From Octopus bimaculoides (lineage: Eukaryota), in the NCBI RefSeq assembly GCF_001194135.2, contig NC_069002.1:4144090-4183283 (forward strand): a stretch of 39,194 nt of DNA, written 5' to 3'. The notes below the pieces were generated by a model. That model made no database searches, was not told the DNA's origin, and saw only the letters and a program-made list of their open reading frames with translations. The position numbers and the translations under genes are program-made. Positions 1-11,099 of this stretch are shown here, in pieces; the first letter of the stretch is position 1, and each line of letters begins with the position of its first letter.

Positions 1-210
1 TAATAATAATCCATTCTACTATAGACACAAAGTCTGAAATTTGTGGAGAAGGGTAAGTCGATCACACTGACCCCAGTACTTGACTGGTACTCAATTTATC
101 GACCCGAAAAAGATGATGAAAACAGAATTTGAACTCAGAACGTAGCGACAGATGAAATTCCACAAAGCATTTCGCCTGATGTGCTAACAATTCTGCCGGT
201 TTACTGCCTT
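1..210 (-). mobile_element. tRNA-derived SINE, family A (local label), near full length
   Basis: Reverse complement starts AAGGCAGTAAACCGGCAGAATTGTTAGCAC, has a B-box-like GAGTTCAAATTC, body GGTCGATAAATTGAGTACCAGTCAAGTACTGGGGTC and a TAA/TTA-repeat tail; aligns by eye with about 10 other copies in the window. Confidence 0.85.
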
Positions 211-213
211 GAT

Positions 214-431
214 TATAATAATGATGATGAAAATAATGGTTTCAAATTTTGGCACAAGGGCAGCCATTTTGGGGAGAGGGGAGAATTATATTGACCCCAG
301 AGTTTAACTAGTACTTAATTTACTGACCCTGAAAGGATGAAAGGCAAAGTTGACCTTAGCGGAATTTGAACTCAGAATGTAGCAGCAGACAAAATACCGC
401 TAAGCATTTTGATTCTGCCAGCTGGCTGTTT
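214..431 (-). mobile_element. SINE family A copy (GGCACAAG..TTTGAAACC tail variant)
   Basis: Same head and body motifs (GGAATTTGAACTCAGAATG, GGATGAAAGGCAAAGTTGACC on + strand). Confidence 0.85.
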
Positions 432-476
432 TAATAATAATAAATAATAATAATAATAATAATAATTATTATTATT

Positions 477-710
477 AAGGCAGTAAGCTGGTAGAATCGT
501 TAGTGCGTCAGACAAAATGCTTAGCAATCATTTCTCCTGAATTTATGTTCAGAAGTCAAATACTGCTGAGGTTGACTTTGCCTTTCATCCTTTCAGGGTT
601 GACAAAAATAAGTACCAGTTGAACACTGGGGGTCAATGTAATCAACTAACCTCCTCCTCTGAAATTGCTGGCCTTGTGCCAAAATTTGAAACCATTATTA
701 TGATTATTAT
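477..710 (+). mobile_element. SINE family A copy, inverted relative to 214-431
   Basis: AAGGCAGTAAGCTGGTAGAATCGTTAG head, GGTTGACTTTGCCTTTCATCCTTTC body, ATT-repeat tail. Confidence 0.85.
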
Positions 711-805
711 GAAGGCAGCAAACTGGAAGAATTAACGGGTCAGACGAAATGCTTAGCAGCTGTCTTCTGGCCCTTTATGTTCTGAGTTCAAATTCTATTT
801 CGAGG
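711..805 (+). mobile_element. SINE family A, 5' fragment
   Basis: AAGGCAGCAAACTGGAAGAAT head through TCTGAGTTCAAATTC. Confidence 0.75.
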
Positions 806-829
806 CCAAGAAAATAAAGTCATAACTTC

Positions 830-1210
830 CATCATCATCATCATCATTATCGTTGTTGTCATCATCACTATTGTTGTTGTCATCACTATTGTCATCGTCG
901 TCGTCATCATCATCATCACTAACGTTGTCATCGTCATCATCATCACTATTGTCGTCGTCGTCGTCGNNNNNNNNNNATCGTCATCATCATCACTATTGTC
1001 GTCGTCGTCGTCGTCGTCATCATCATCACTATCGTCGTCGTCGTCATCATCACCATCATCATCATCGTCGTTGTTGTCATCACCCTAATCATCATCATCA
1101 TCATCCTTACCACCAATGTCGTCACCATTATTGTCTCCATAATTACCATCATCATCATCATCATCATCACCATCACTGATATCATTACTGACACCCTCTT
1201 CGTCATTACC
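830..1210. repeat. Compound trinucleotide microsatellite (CAT/CGT/TGT)
   Basis: Directly visible; explains the poly-S, poly-H and poly-M ORFs. Confidence 0.95.
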
Positions 1211-1475
1211 AAATAATATCACTGTCAACAGTTCCTGTCTTTCGTAGTTATAAAAGGGATCTCGTTGAGAGAATGTAAACAGACACGAATGTACATACGC
1301 ATATACGTACCTATATAAATAAAGAGACAAAGAGAGAGAGAGAGGGCAAAGAGACAGAGACAACGAGAGTCTCACACACACGAGGAAAGACAAAAAACAC
1401 AAATATTAAAAAAAAGGACTTGAAAAAAAAAAAGACAAACCAAAATAATCTCTCCGTCCCCTTCCCCTCCCTCAG

Positions 1476-1546
1476 ATTGCTAATTTATTGATTATTTTCT
1501 GCCACTTGGAATCAGGAAACAAATTGCTAGAACACAAATCACCATG
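1476..1546 (+). CDS. Weak exon candidate (IANLLIIFCHLESGNKLLEHKSP)
   Basis: Pyrimidine tract plus CAG acceptor at 1475, GTAACG donor at 1547, one open phase; no recognisable homology. Confidence 0.15.
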
Positions 1547-2059
1547 GTAACGCAGAACGAGATGAGAAATATATCGGTTGTGAAGAACACGATGGTGAAA
1601 ATACACATCTTGGGATGGTTGAGTGCTAGGTGGTTGTGGTGGTGGTGGTGGTGGGTCACTGAACCGGGGGAGCGGGTGGTTGTGATAGTGGTGGTGGTGG
1701 TTATGTGGGTGGGGAGTATGTGGGGTGGGGAGTATGTGGGTGTGTTAATGAGGTGGGGAGGAATTAAGTTAAAAATATCCAAGACTAAATAAAACAAATG
1801 TGTGTGTGTATAAATATACACACACGCATGAATTTGTTGTGTATGTTATACATATGTATACATAACATATATACATAAAATTAATACAGTTTATATATAC
1901 ACACAAACATTATTTGTAACAATCATAGAATATACCTATATATATATATATATATATATATCTGTGTGTGTGTATGTGTGTTAATAACATAAGACATACA
2001 CAGAAGCATTACATGGTATAACATTTTTATATTACATAATAGATAAGGTTTTGCATTAT

Positions 2060-2476
2060 GAAGGAACACGGTCTAGTGGTTAGGATGTTTACCTCATGAT
2101 CATAAGGTCACGATTTCAATTCTTTGTCAGGGCAGTGTGTTGTAACCATGAACAAGACACTTCATTTCATATTATTCCTGTCTGTTCAGCTGTAAAAATG
2201 TACCAACAAAGGAGTGCTGTAGCTTCTCTCTGTCTCCCACGCCAGCGATTACATCCCGGTTGTGCTGCAGTATCAAACATGAGGGTATCAAAAGGGTATC
2301 TGTATCTATGTATGACTACACTGACACCTCCAACGTTTAGGCCAGCCCCGTCACATTCTGTGTCACACTGAATCTCCCTGAGAACTGCATTAAGGGTACT
2401 CATGCCTGTGGAGTGCTCAGCCACTTGCACATTAATTTCATGAGCAGGCTGTTCCGTTGATCAAATCAACTGGAAC
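2060..2476 (+). mobile_element. tRNA-derived SINE, family C (local label)
   Basis: Head GGTCTAGTGGTTAGG..GATTTCAATTC, then CAAGACACTTCATTTC and a 3' block GAATCTCCCTGAGAACT..GCAGGCTGTTCCGTTGATC shared with 24520-24798. Confidence 0.8.
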
Positions 2477-2715
2477 AGATGGATTGCTTTAATATTGGTG
2501 AAATGCATCCAACCTCTGAGTAATCTTGCAGTCATTTTCCAAGTTTCTCCCCTGTAGACTGTTTTTGGCAAGACAATACTCTGGCAGAGCAGAATCTTCA
2601 TATGGTTGCTAATCAATGTGTTATTCCAGACACTGTTCATCACTTTCAGCACTACCACTGCATGCCCAAGTCTGGAGTCAATATCTACCTGAGTACTCCA
2701 CTCTGTAGCATTCTT
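2477..2715 (-). mobile_element. Decayed RTE-clade LINE reverse transcriptase C-terminal fragment
   Basis: Translation DIDSRLGHA..VWNNTLISNHMKILLCQSIVLPKTVYRGETWKMT then frameshifted QRLDAFHQ matches the RTE motif RIGKA..LYGSETW..RLDAFH. Confidence 0.75.
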
Positions 2716-2726
2716 TTATGAGGTCA

Positions 2727-2915
2727 TTAACCCTTTAGGTCTTAAACTGGCCATATCCAGCCCAAATAGTCTACCTTGTTTTAAGTTCAAACCAGCCAGA
2801 TTTGACCTCTCACACATATTCTACAAAGTCATTCTTAAAATAAACAATCATGTAATCAACTTCTTGAAGCTAAGAAATAATGCCTTATTAATTCAAAACA
2901 ATGTGAATGAATAAA
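2727..2915 (+). mobile_element. Non-autonomous DNA element starting TTAA|CCCTT (piggyBac-like terminus)
   Basis: TTAACCCTTTAG start; body TTCAAACCAGCCAGAT..CAAAGTCATTCT shared with 32864-33105; right end not seen. Confidence 0.55.
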
Positions 2916-2968
2916 CTTAGAGACCAGCTCAAAGTGGGATATGGAATTAAACAGTACTAACAATCAGC

Positions 2969-3015
<47 letters not shown>

Positions 3016-3308
3016 TTGTCTCCCTCTCTCTCTCATTCACACACACATATTTGCACAAACTACATGTATAAGTACACAATATGAAGCATGCTTCTGAAAT
3101 GTTATCAACAAATAGGTTAAAACTAAAGAATTTAGAATAAATAAAACCACCACAACCACCACCACTAGCTTTGCCTCCACCACCATCATTATCTACATAT
3201 GCCAATGGAGAAGCCTCTGCCTATCTATTTATCTATCTATCTGTTATATAAAGTATGGGGGTTTAGTTCACAGGTGATCTAGATGATTAGATATGCTAGG
3301 TAAGTGCT

Positions 3309-3509
3309 GTAATGAATTCCTAGGGCTCCAAGGTTATAGCTGAGATGCTAGTTATCGAGCCATTGCAGATATTATATATCTATTATACATACACACACAC
3401 ACACACACACACATACATGTATATATATATATATATAATAGATGTATATTATCTGCAATGGCTCCATAAATAGCATCTCAGCTATAACCATGGATCCCTA
3501 GTAATTCAT

Positions 3510-3512
<3 letters not shown>
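3309..3512. mobile_element. MITE-like element: about 79-bp inverted arms around a CA/TA microsatellite
   Basis: 3309-3387 is the reverse complement of about 3434-3512 with a handful of mismatches. Confidence 0.75.
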
Positions 3513-3587
<75 letters not shown>

Positions 3588-3667
3588 GAGTAAATGTAAG
3601 GATAAGCAAGTTAGGCAGGTTGATACACAAAGTATATGCTTACGTACAAAAGGGCCCGACTTGCATG

Positions 3668-3908
3668 GAATAGAAATGATATCAAGAATTAAAGGGGTCG
3701 AAGAAGAGTATTAGAAATCCAACAGCTGTTTCTGGGGGATTGATGGGCCAAAATAATGATTGTAAATTGATTTCATTGTCAGGTGATACTAGCTTCCATC
3801 TTCAGGGAAGAAATCTTACATTTCAGGTATTGACAGAAAGGAGATTAAGATTGTTGGATTTGTAATACTCTTCTTCAGCCCCTTTAATTCTTGATATCAT
3901 TTCTATTC
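3668..3908 (-). mobile_element. Inverted-repeat element (57-bp arms) with partial hammerhead core; Penelope-like or MITE
   Basis: 3668-3724 vs 3852-3908 inverted with few mismatches; minus strand carries CTGAAGA-TGG..CCA-GAAAC-AGCT-GTT. Confidence 0.6.
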
Positions 3909-4078
3909 TAAATCAGTAAAGTCTTAGCATACGTATCCCTAAAAAGTGAGGATGGTCATAGCTGGAATGCTTTTGATCATAAATATCATGGGTCCGAATA
4001 TCATCATCATGTTGGTCAAAAAGATTAAGTAAACAGTGTCAAAATGTTTCACCTTTCTTGTTAATCTACACTAACCCA

Positions 4079-4115
<37 letters not shown>

Positions 4116-4117
4116 GT

Positions 4118-4309
4118 TAAGTCCAAAATTAAACAGCCCTCTCTCCTTCCACCATCGCTCTTTTAGAGCCTGTCCAGAACTAATCCAGCAGCCCCACCTC
4201 TCTCTCCCTCCCATAACTATTTTCTGATAGCCAATCCAAGGTTAATCCATTACACCTCTCTCTCATCTTCTGTCCAAAGTTAATCTATACACCCCACCCC
4301 TTTCTCTCC

Positions 4310-4398
<89 letters not shown>

Positions 4399-4470
4399 TC
4401 TCCTCTCTCATGCACTTTCTCCCATACACACCATATTACAACCAGTCCAGAGTTAATCTATCAACACCTA
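4118..4470. repeat. Degenerate minisatellite (GTCCARAGTTAATCYA core, 5 copies) interrupted by (CA)n
   Basis: Core seen near 4120, 4171, 4233, 4272 and 4445. Confidence 0.65.
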
Positions 4471-4938
4471 ATCCTGTATATCTCATATTGTCTGCAGTTA
4501 ACAGACTAAAAGATCTACCACCACCACAACTATAACCACCACCATCACTACCACAACCACCACCACTGCCATAAACACAGCAACCACCACCACTACAACC
4601 AGAGTCGCCACCATCCCTACCACCACCACCATCAAAGACGATGCCACTACTACCACGGCTATCACATTAGTGTCAAACTAGATTTAATCCATTATAACAT
4701 CACCATCCTCTTCCCTCACCCCACTGTGGCACATCATATCTCTCTCTTTCTCTCTCACACACACACACACGCACATGCATACACAGACATGCATGCACGT
4801 ACGAACATGCAAACACTACCACACATACACAAGCAAATGAAAGCCATTGTGCAGTTGCATACACCACTAGAAATAACAACTGAATCACACAGGAATTCTA
4901 TCGGTCTCTTTTGCCAAACAGTTAAGTTACTTGCGCAA

Positions 4939-5014
4939 ATGTCTTCTACTGTAGTGTTGGGCCAACAAAAGCCTTGTGAGTGGATCTGGTGGATGGAAAC
5001 TGAAAGAAGCTCAT

Positions 5015-5067
<53 letters not shown>

Positions 5068-5288
5068 GTGTGTGTCTTTGTCCGTCCCCACCATCATCAC
5101 TGGGCAACTGGTGTTGGTGTGTTTACATCCCTGTATCTTAGCAGTTTGGCAAAGAGCCCAATAAAATAAATACTAGGCTTGAAAAAAAAAGGAAGCAAGT
5201 CCTGGGGTTGAATGGTTCGACAAAAACACTTCAAGGCGGTGCTCCAGCATGGCCACAGCCAAATGACTGAAACAAGTAACAGAATATA
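4939..5288 (+). mobile_element. tRNA-derived SINE, family B (local label), 5'-truncated, internal TA/TG microsatellite
   Basis: AAAGCCTTGTGAGTGGA..GGAAACTGAAAGAAGC and 3' end GGTGCTCCAGCATGGCCACAG..ATGACTGAAACAAGTAA. Confidence 0.85.
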
Positions 5289-5399
5289 AGAGACTGCACT
5301 GTGAGAGTGAGATCATATTACCCAGGGTTGTAGAGATGTATAGTATAGGTATGAGATTGTGTAGGGTATTCAGATGTACCCGGGGTAGATGAAAAGTCT

Positions 5400-5780
5400 G
5401 GGATTGCTTATAATTAGTGATTGTGGTGGTTGTGGTAATGTAGCAGTAGCTGTGGTGGTAATAGTAGTTGTTGTGCTGGTGGTCGTTGTGGTGGTGGTGT
5501 TGGCGGTAGTTGTGGTGGTGGTAGTTGTGGTAGTGGTGGTGGGGTAGATGCGGTGGGATTTGAACTCAGAGTGTAAAGAGCTGGAACAATTACTACAAAG
5601 CAATTTAATTAAATGCTCTACTGACTGTTAATTATTCCTACTTCTACCAGAACTACCACCACCACAACCAGCACCAGCACCACCACCGCCACCACAGTAT
5701 CAATGACTAACTTTACTACTACAACAAAAACTACCATCACCTCTACCATCACCACATACTACTACCACCACTACAACAAA
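5400..5780. repeat. GTG/GTA and CAC/CTA trinucleotide microsatellite blocks
   Basis: Directly visible; explains the poly-T ORF. Confidence 0.85.
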
Positions 5781-6349
5781 ATATAAAAGTACAAGAATTT
5801 TTTTTTTTTTGCTAAATATGACTATTAGTAAAAAAAAAAGAAAAAAAGAAAGAAAACCTTTCAACAGGTTCAATTTCAAGTGAAGGTAGAGAGAATATGA
5901 GATTAGAGCGATAGTAACAAGAAAAACATCAGTAACATTAATTAAAAAAATAACAATAATAATAAAAATTATTTCTGGTAATCTATTTTGAGTATGTCTA
6001 TGTATATCTCTGTCTAAAATACATTATTGGATAATAATAATAATAATATTAATAATAATAAAGGTGGGTGAATGTTGGATGAATGGCCAGTGTGAAAGGA
6101 CCACTTCTGAGTGTGCACCTGTAATAAAACAAAAAGAGAAGGGGTCTTGTCTTGTTGTTCAGGCACCCGTGGCTTTTCCACGAGGACCTTAAAGCATCTC
6201 CCCTATTGGGAGTTTAATTTGTTCCCCTTTTTTTTGTTATTACATTGTATGCACGTGAAAACCCATTCTTCTATCGTCCTGTTTTTGTCTTTTATGTTGT
6301 TGCATGTCATTTAATGTTTTGTATGCGAATCCTTGTAGCCAATAAAGGA

Positions 6350-6399
6350 ATTAATTATTATTATTATTATTATTATTATTATTGTTATTGTTATTGTTA

Positions 6400-6454
<55 letters not shown>
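6350..6454. repeat. (TTA)n microsatellite
   Basis: Directly visible. Confidence 0.95.
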
Positions 6455-6455
<1 letters not shown>

Positions 6456-6542
6456 AGACAGCAAGCTGGCAGAATCGTTAGCATGCCAGACAAAATGCTT
6501 TGCAGCATTTCTTCCATCTTTATGTTTCAGAGTTCAAATTCT
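6455..6542 (+). mobile_element. SINE family A head, cut by gap
   Basis: AAGACAGCAAGCTGGCAGAATCGTTAGCATGCC..GAGTTCAAATTC. Confidence 0.85.
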
Positions 6543-7512
6543 NNNNNNNNNNNNNNNNNNNNNNNNNNNNNNNNNNNNNNNNNNNNNNNNNNNNNNNNNN
6601 NNNNNNNNNNNNNNNNNNNNNNNNNNNNNNNNNNNNNNNNNNNNNNNNNNNNNNNNNNNNNNNNNNNNNNNNNNNNNNNNNNNNNNNNNNNNNNNNNNNN
6701 NNNNNNNNNNNNNNNNNNNNNNNNNNNNNNNNNNNNNNNNNNNNNNNNNNNNNNNNNNNNNNNNNNNNNNNNNNNNNNNNNNNNNNNNNNNNNNNNNNNN
6801 NNNNNNNNNNNNNNNNNNNNNNNNNNNNNNNNNNNNNNNNNNNNNNNNNNNNNNNNNNNNNNNNNNNNNNNNNNNNNNNNNNNNNNNNNNNNNNNNNNNN
6901 NNNNNCCACTTAATCACTTGTCACAGGCCCTCCTCTAAGCTACTACCATCACCATCACTTCCCCCCACCCACCCACACCCACACACCACCAGCAGCACTT
7001 TGTCGTTTCCAGTGCCAAACTTAAAGAAATGGCTTTCCATAAACTTGTATTGTTCCAAATGTAGTATAAAATTTGCCACAAAATCAATGTTGTTTGTTTG
7101 TCTTTCTCTCTTTTGTCTGCCTTGCTCTTCTGCCTCTTTTATTTGTCGAAAGTTCATAGCTGGCTCAGTACAATAGGACAACAACAGAGCCACCATGGAG
7201 ATTCTGTTCTTTCATTCAATACAACCACCCCCACCCATGACATCAGTAAAGTGCAATGTTTGTCCTCAAAAAATACTTTGTATGAACTGGATGGATGGAT
7301 GGATAGAAAAGTTGATAGATAGAAAGATAAACAGACAGACAGATAAAAATGTTGTTGACAGGGACTTTGAAGTTTTTACCAGTTAAGCATGGGTGCTTAT
7401 TGGATAGGCAAAGGGTCAAAAATCAGAATTCCTCATAGAATGAAGTGAGAGAAAAATACAAGCAGAAGGATTAATATTACTTAAATTTTATTTTTGGAGT
7501 AAACACAAGGAT

Positions 7513-7557
7513 AACTCCAGACAGGTTTCAGTCTTATTAAACCTCTTCAGCAAAGCT
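7513..7557 (-). ncRNA. Minimal type I hammerhead ribozyme motif
   Basis: AGCUUUG-CUGAAGA-GGUUU-AAUA-AGACU-GAAA-C-CU-GUC-UGGAGUU: both core segments, 5-bp stem II, 2-bp stem III, GUC triplet, 7-bp stem I with 4 G-U pairs. Confidence 0.55.
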
Positions 7558-7608
7558 TAGACATTTCCATAGTAGCCAGTTTGGAGATAAAAGAATCACT
7601 AGGGATAC

Positions 7609-7786
7609 ACAATTCTATTTTAGGCACAGGGTTTGAAATTTTGGAGTGAGGTACTAGTCGATTCCATCAACCCCAAAAGGAGGAAAGGCGAAGTTGACCT
7701 TGGTGGTTTGAAATCAGAATATAAAGATGGGCAAAATGTCGGTAAGCATTTTGTCCAGTGTGCTAATGATCCTACCAGCCTCAGCT
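7609..7786 (-). mobile_element. SINE family A, internally deleted and diverged
   Basis: GAAAGGCGAAGTTGACCTTGG..TAAGCATTTTGTCCAGTGTGCTAATGATCCTACCAGC. Confidence 0.7.
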
Positions 7787-8078
7787 TTACTATGGATGCA
7801 CAATAATGCCATGATGTTTATGCCAACTGTTGGTATGACAAAGATTTCTCTGATAAAAGGCCCTTACTAAAATGTCAAATATCTTTTATTCCTCCTGGTA
7901 TCAAGTAATTTACTTTGGTTTTTGTGAATGCTGTTAACATAAGGTCAGTCAATCCCTGGAATATATAATAGATTTGATAATTAGTGCCTGAGACACGAAA
8001 TTACCAAATTACAATAATCCATGGAGAGGAGTGGTAGACAGCATGTTATACAACAGTTGGATTCATTCTATAATATAT

Positions 8079-8153
<75 letters not shown>

Positions 8154-8826
8154 TTGAGTTACATACAAACCTCTACATCTGCTCATATCCATATATGCAC
8201 ATACATTTACACATGCATGCACTCACAAGCACACATTTATGCATCACTGCACATGTACACGCACACACGCATCTACACTCACACACAAGCAAATGCAAGC
8301 ATATCTACTGATACACACACATACATAGACACATCTACACAGACATAAGCATATATATTCACTTGTCTGCCACACATACATCTACTGTGACACACACACA
8401 CACACATCTACTGTCATATAGCTTGCATGAACACACACACATTATCAGCCCACATAGTTCGTAACATTTAAAAGCAATAATCATGAAAAGCTGACTAAAA
8501 TTATTTGCCATCACAACAGAAATTACTATCACACACATACACAAACACACATATATATGCACACATACATATACACACATACATACACACACATACATAT
8601 ACACACATACATATACACACATACATATACACACACACACACACACATACATATACACACACACACACACATACATATACACACACACACACATACACAC
8701 ATACACACACACATATATAGAAACACATATACACACATATATAAACACACATACATACATATATATATACACACACTTACGTATACCCATACATATACAC
8801 ACCATACATACACACACACACACAAT
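8079..8826. repeat. Compound (CA)n/(CATA)n microsatellite field
   Basis: Directly visible. Confidence 0.9.
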
Positions 8827-9121
8827 CCTTAAAGCAGAACAGAGAAAACAAACAGCAAGAATTCCAAAATTCTCCATGCATCTCTACATTGTGATGTTTA
8901 TTTTCTGAGTTATAAAGACGGTGCTTTAATTCTCAGCTGCAATCCAACTCCTTTAAAGGGAAAAAATTAAAACCCTTTCACAGCAGAAATGACATATGTC
9001 CTCTCAAAATTCCATTACCTTTAACTGCGCAGAGCAGTTTTAATTATATCCCCTACAAAAAGTAACGAGTAATCCTTCAGTTTAATGGGAAACTGATCTT
9101 TTTGTAACTCAACATAAAAAC

Positions 9122-9334
9122 AAGGTGCACGGCTCAGTGGTTAAAGCATTCGGCTCACAGTCATGAGGTAGTGAGTTCGATTCCCAGACCAGGCTGTGTG
9201 TTTTGTTCTGCTTTATTTCATGTTATTTATTTATTTCACACTTTATTTCACACAACACACAGCCTGGTTCGGGAATTGAACTCACTACCCCATGATTCTG
9301 ATCTTGAAGCTCTCACCACTGAGCCATGTACCTT
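9122..9334. mobile_element. Two SINE family C tRNA-like heads in inverted, tail-to-tail orientation
   Basis: 9122-9202 (+) GGCTCAGTGGTT..GTGAGTTCGATTCCCAGACCAGGCTGTGTGTT and 9254-9334 (-) same motif. Confidence 0.8.
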
Positions 9335-9361
9335 CACTTGTGTGTGTGAATATATATAATA

Positions 9362-9659
9362 TATACTCTTTTACTTGTTTCAGTCATTTGACTATGGTCA
9401 TGCTGGAGCACTGCCTTTAGTCGAGCAAATCGACCCCAGGACTTATTCTTTGGAAGCCTAGTACTTATTCTATCAGTCTCTTTTGCTGAACCGCTAAGTT
9501 ACGGGAATGTAAACACACCAGCATCGGTTGTCAAGCAATGCCGGGGGAACAAACAGACACACAAACATATACACACACACATACATATACATATACGACA
9601 GGCTTCTTTCAGTTTCCGTCTACCAAATACATTCACAAGTCTTTGGTCGGCCTGAGGCT
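9362..9659 (-). mobile_element. SINE family B, cut by gap
   Basis: TTTTACTTGTTTCAGTCATTTGAC..GCTAAGTTACGGG..TTTGGTCGGCCTGAGGCT. Confidence 0.9.
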
Positions 9660-10152
9660 NNNNNNNNNNNNNNNNNNNNNNNNNNNNNNNNNNNNNNNNN
9701 NNNNNNNNNNNNNNNNNNNNNNNNNNNNNNNNNNNNNNNNNNNNNNNNNNNNNNNNNNNNNNNNNNNNNNNNNNNNNNNNNNNNNNNNNNNNNNNNNNNN
9801 NNNNNNNNNNNNNNNNNNNNNNNNNNNNNNNNNNNNNNNNNNNNNNNNNNNNNNNNNNNNNNNNNNNNNNNNNNNNNNNNNNNNNNNNNNNNNNNNNNNN
9901 NNNNNNNNNNNNNNNNNNNNNNNNNNNNNNNNNNNNNNNNNNNNNNNNNNNNNNNNNNNNNNNNNNNNNNNNNNNNNNNNNNNNNNNNNNNNNNNNNNNN
10001 NNNNNNNNNNNNNNNNNNNNNNNNNNNNNNNNNNNNNNNNNNNNNNNNNNNNNNNNNNNNNNNNNNNNNNNNNNNNNNNNNNNNNNNNNNNNNNNNNNNN
10101 NNNNNNNNNNNNNNNNNNNNNNNNNNNNNNNNNNNNNNNNNNNNNNNNNNNN

Positions 10153-10201
<49 letters not shown>

Positions 10202-10401
10202 ATATGTTGTAAGTATATATGTGTATGCATATAACCCCATAGACTATGATATGGCCTCTCCAAAGTACAAATTTATGCAAAAAGTTAATTTGATGAACTA
10301 AAGACATTTAAGTAAAACAAAAACAATAGCACAAAACAAAACAAACACAAATAAGACAACAAAAATCCACCGTCCCCACTTCCACTCACCCACCCACTCA
10401 C

Positions 10402-10640
10402 CCAATCCGACAGATTGCTACGAAGTCGCTCCACTGCCACCCTGGTACACCCTGACCTCTGGCCCATGGCTGTATTGTCTCTGCTTTCGGCTGTTTGTAG
10501 AACCACTACAGTTGGTGTTTTACATTCCTGCAGACTGGATGCTCTCTCATAGCACCTCTCCGTAGATGCGCCAAGATTTACTTCATCATCCACACCCCAC
10601 CTTCACATCACCCATATCGTGTACACCACTCCAGGCCCTG
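10402..10640 (-). other. Unique GC-elevated island ending in a TGG|GTGAGT donor; exon candidate
   Basis: Non-repetitive sequence; minus frames ..ECKTPTVVVLQTAESRDNTAMGQRSGCTRVAVERLRSNLSDW or WFYKQPKAETIQPWARGQGVPGWQWSDFVAICRIG; acceptor unclear, no homology recognised. Confidence 0.3.
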
Positions 10641-10734
10641 CATTTACCAACTACTATATATATATGTAATCCCTAGTCCTTCTGCACCACTCTCTACAAT
10701 GTTATCCCACTGGAATTCTTTCCTTGCACTTTTA

Positions 10735-11099
10735 CTCTTTACTCTCTCTTTTACTTGTTTCAGTCATTTGACTGTGGCCATGCTGGGGCACCGCCTTTAG
10801 TCGAGCAGATCGACCTCTGGACTTATTCTTTGTAATAAGCCTAGTACTTATTCTATCGGTCTCTTTTTGCCGAACCGCTAAGTTACGGGGACGTAAACAC
10901 ACCAGCAATGGTTGTCAAGCGATGTTGGGGGGACAAATACAGACACACAAACATATACACACACATGTATACGATGGGCTTCTTTCAGTTTCCGTCTACC
11001 AAATCCACTCACAAGGCTTTGGTCGGCCCGAGGCTATAGTAGAAGACACTTCCCTAAGGTGCCACGCAGTGGGACTGAACCCGGAACCATGTGGTTAGT
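10735..11099 (-). mobile_element. SINE family B, young near-complete copy, cut by gap
   Basis: High similarity to 9362-9659; includes GGTGCCACGCAGTGGGACTGAACCCGGAACCATGTGG (tRNA-like head on - strand). Confidence 0.9.

Noticed and set aside
5250-5280. SINE family B 3' hairpin ending GACUGAAACAAGUA as a hammerhead half
   Set aside because: There is no CUGANGA upstream in any copy.
7189-7386. GCCACCATGG perfect Kozak with a 63-aa ORF
   Set aside because: The ORF runs into GATA/GGAT microsatellite, has no homology, and a vertebrate-style Kozak has little weight here.
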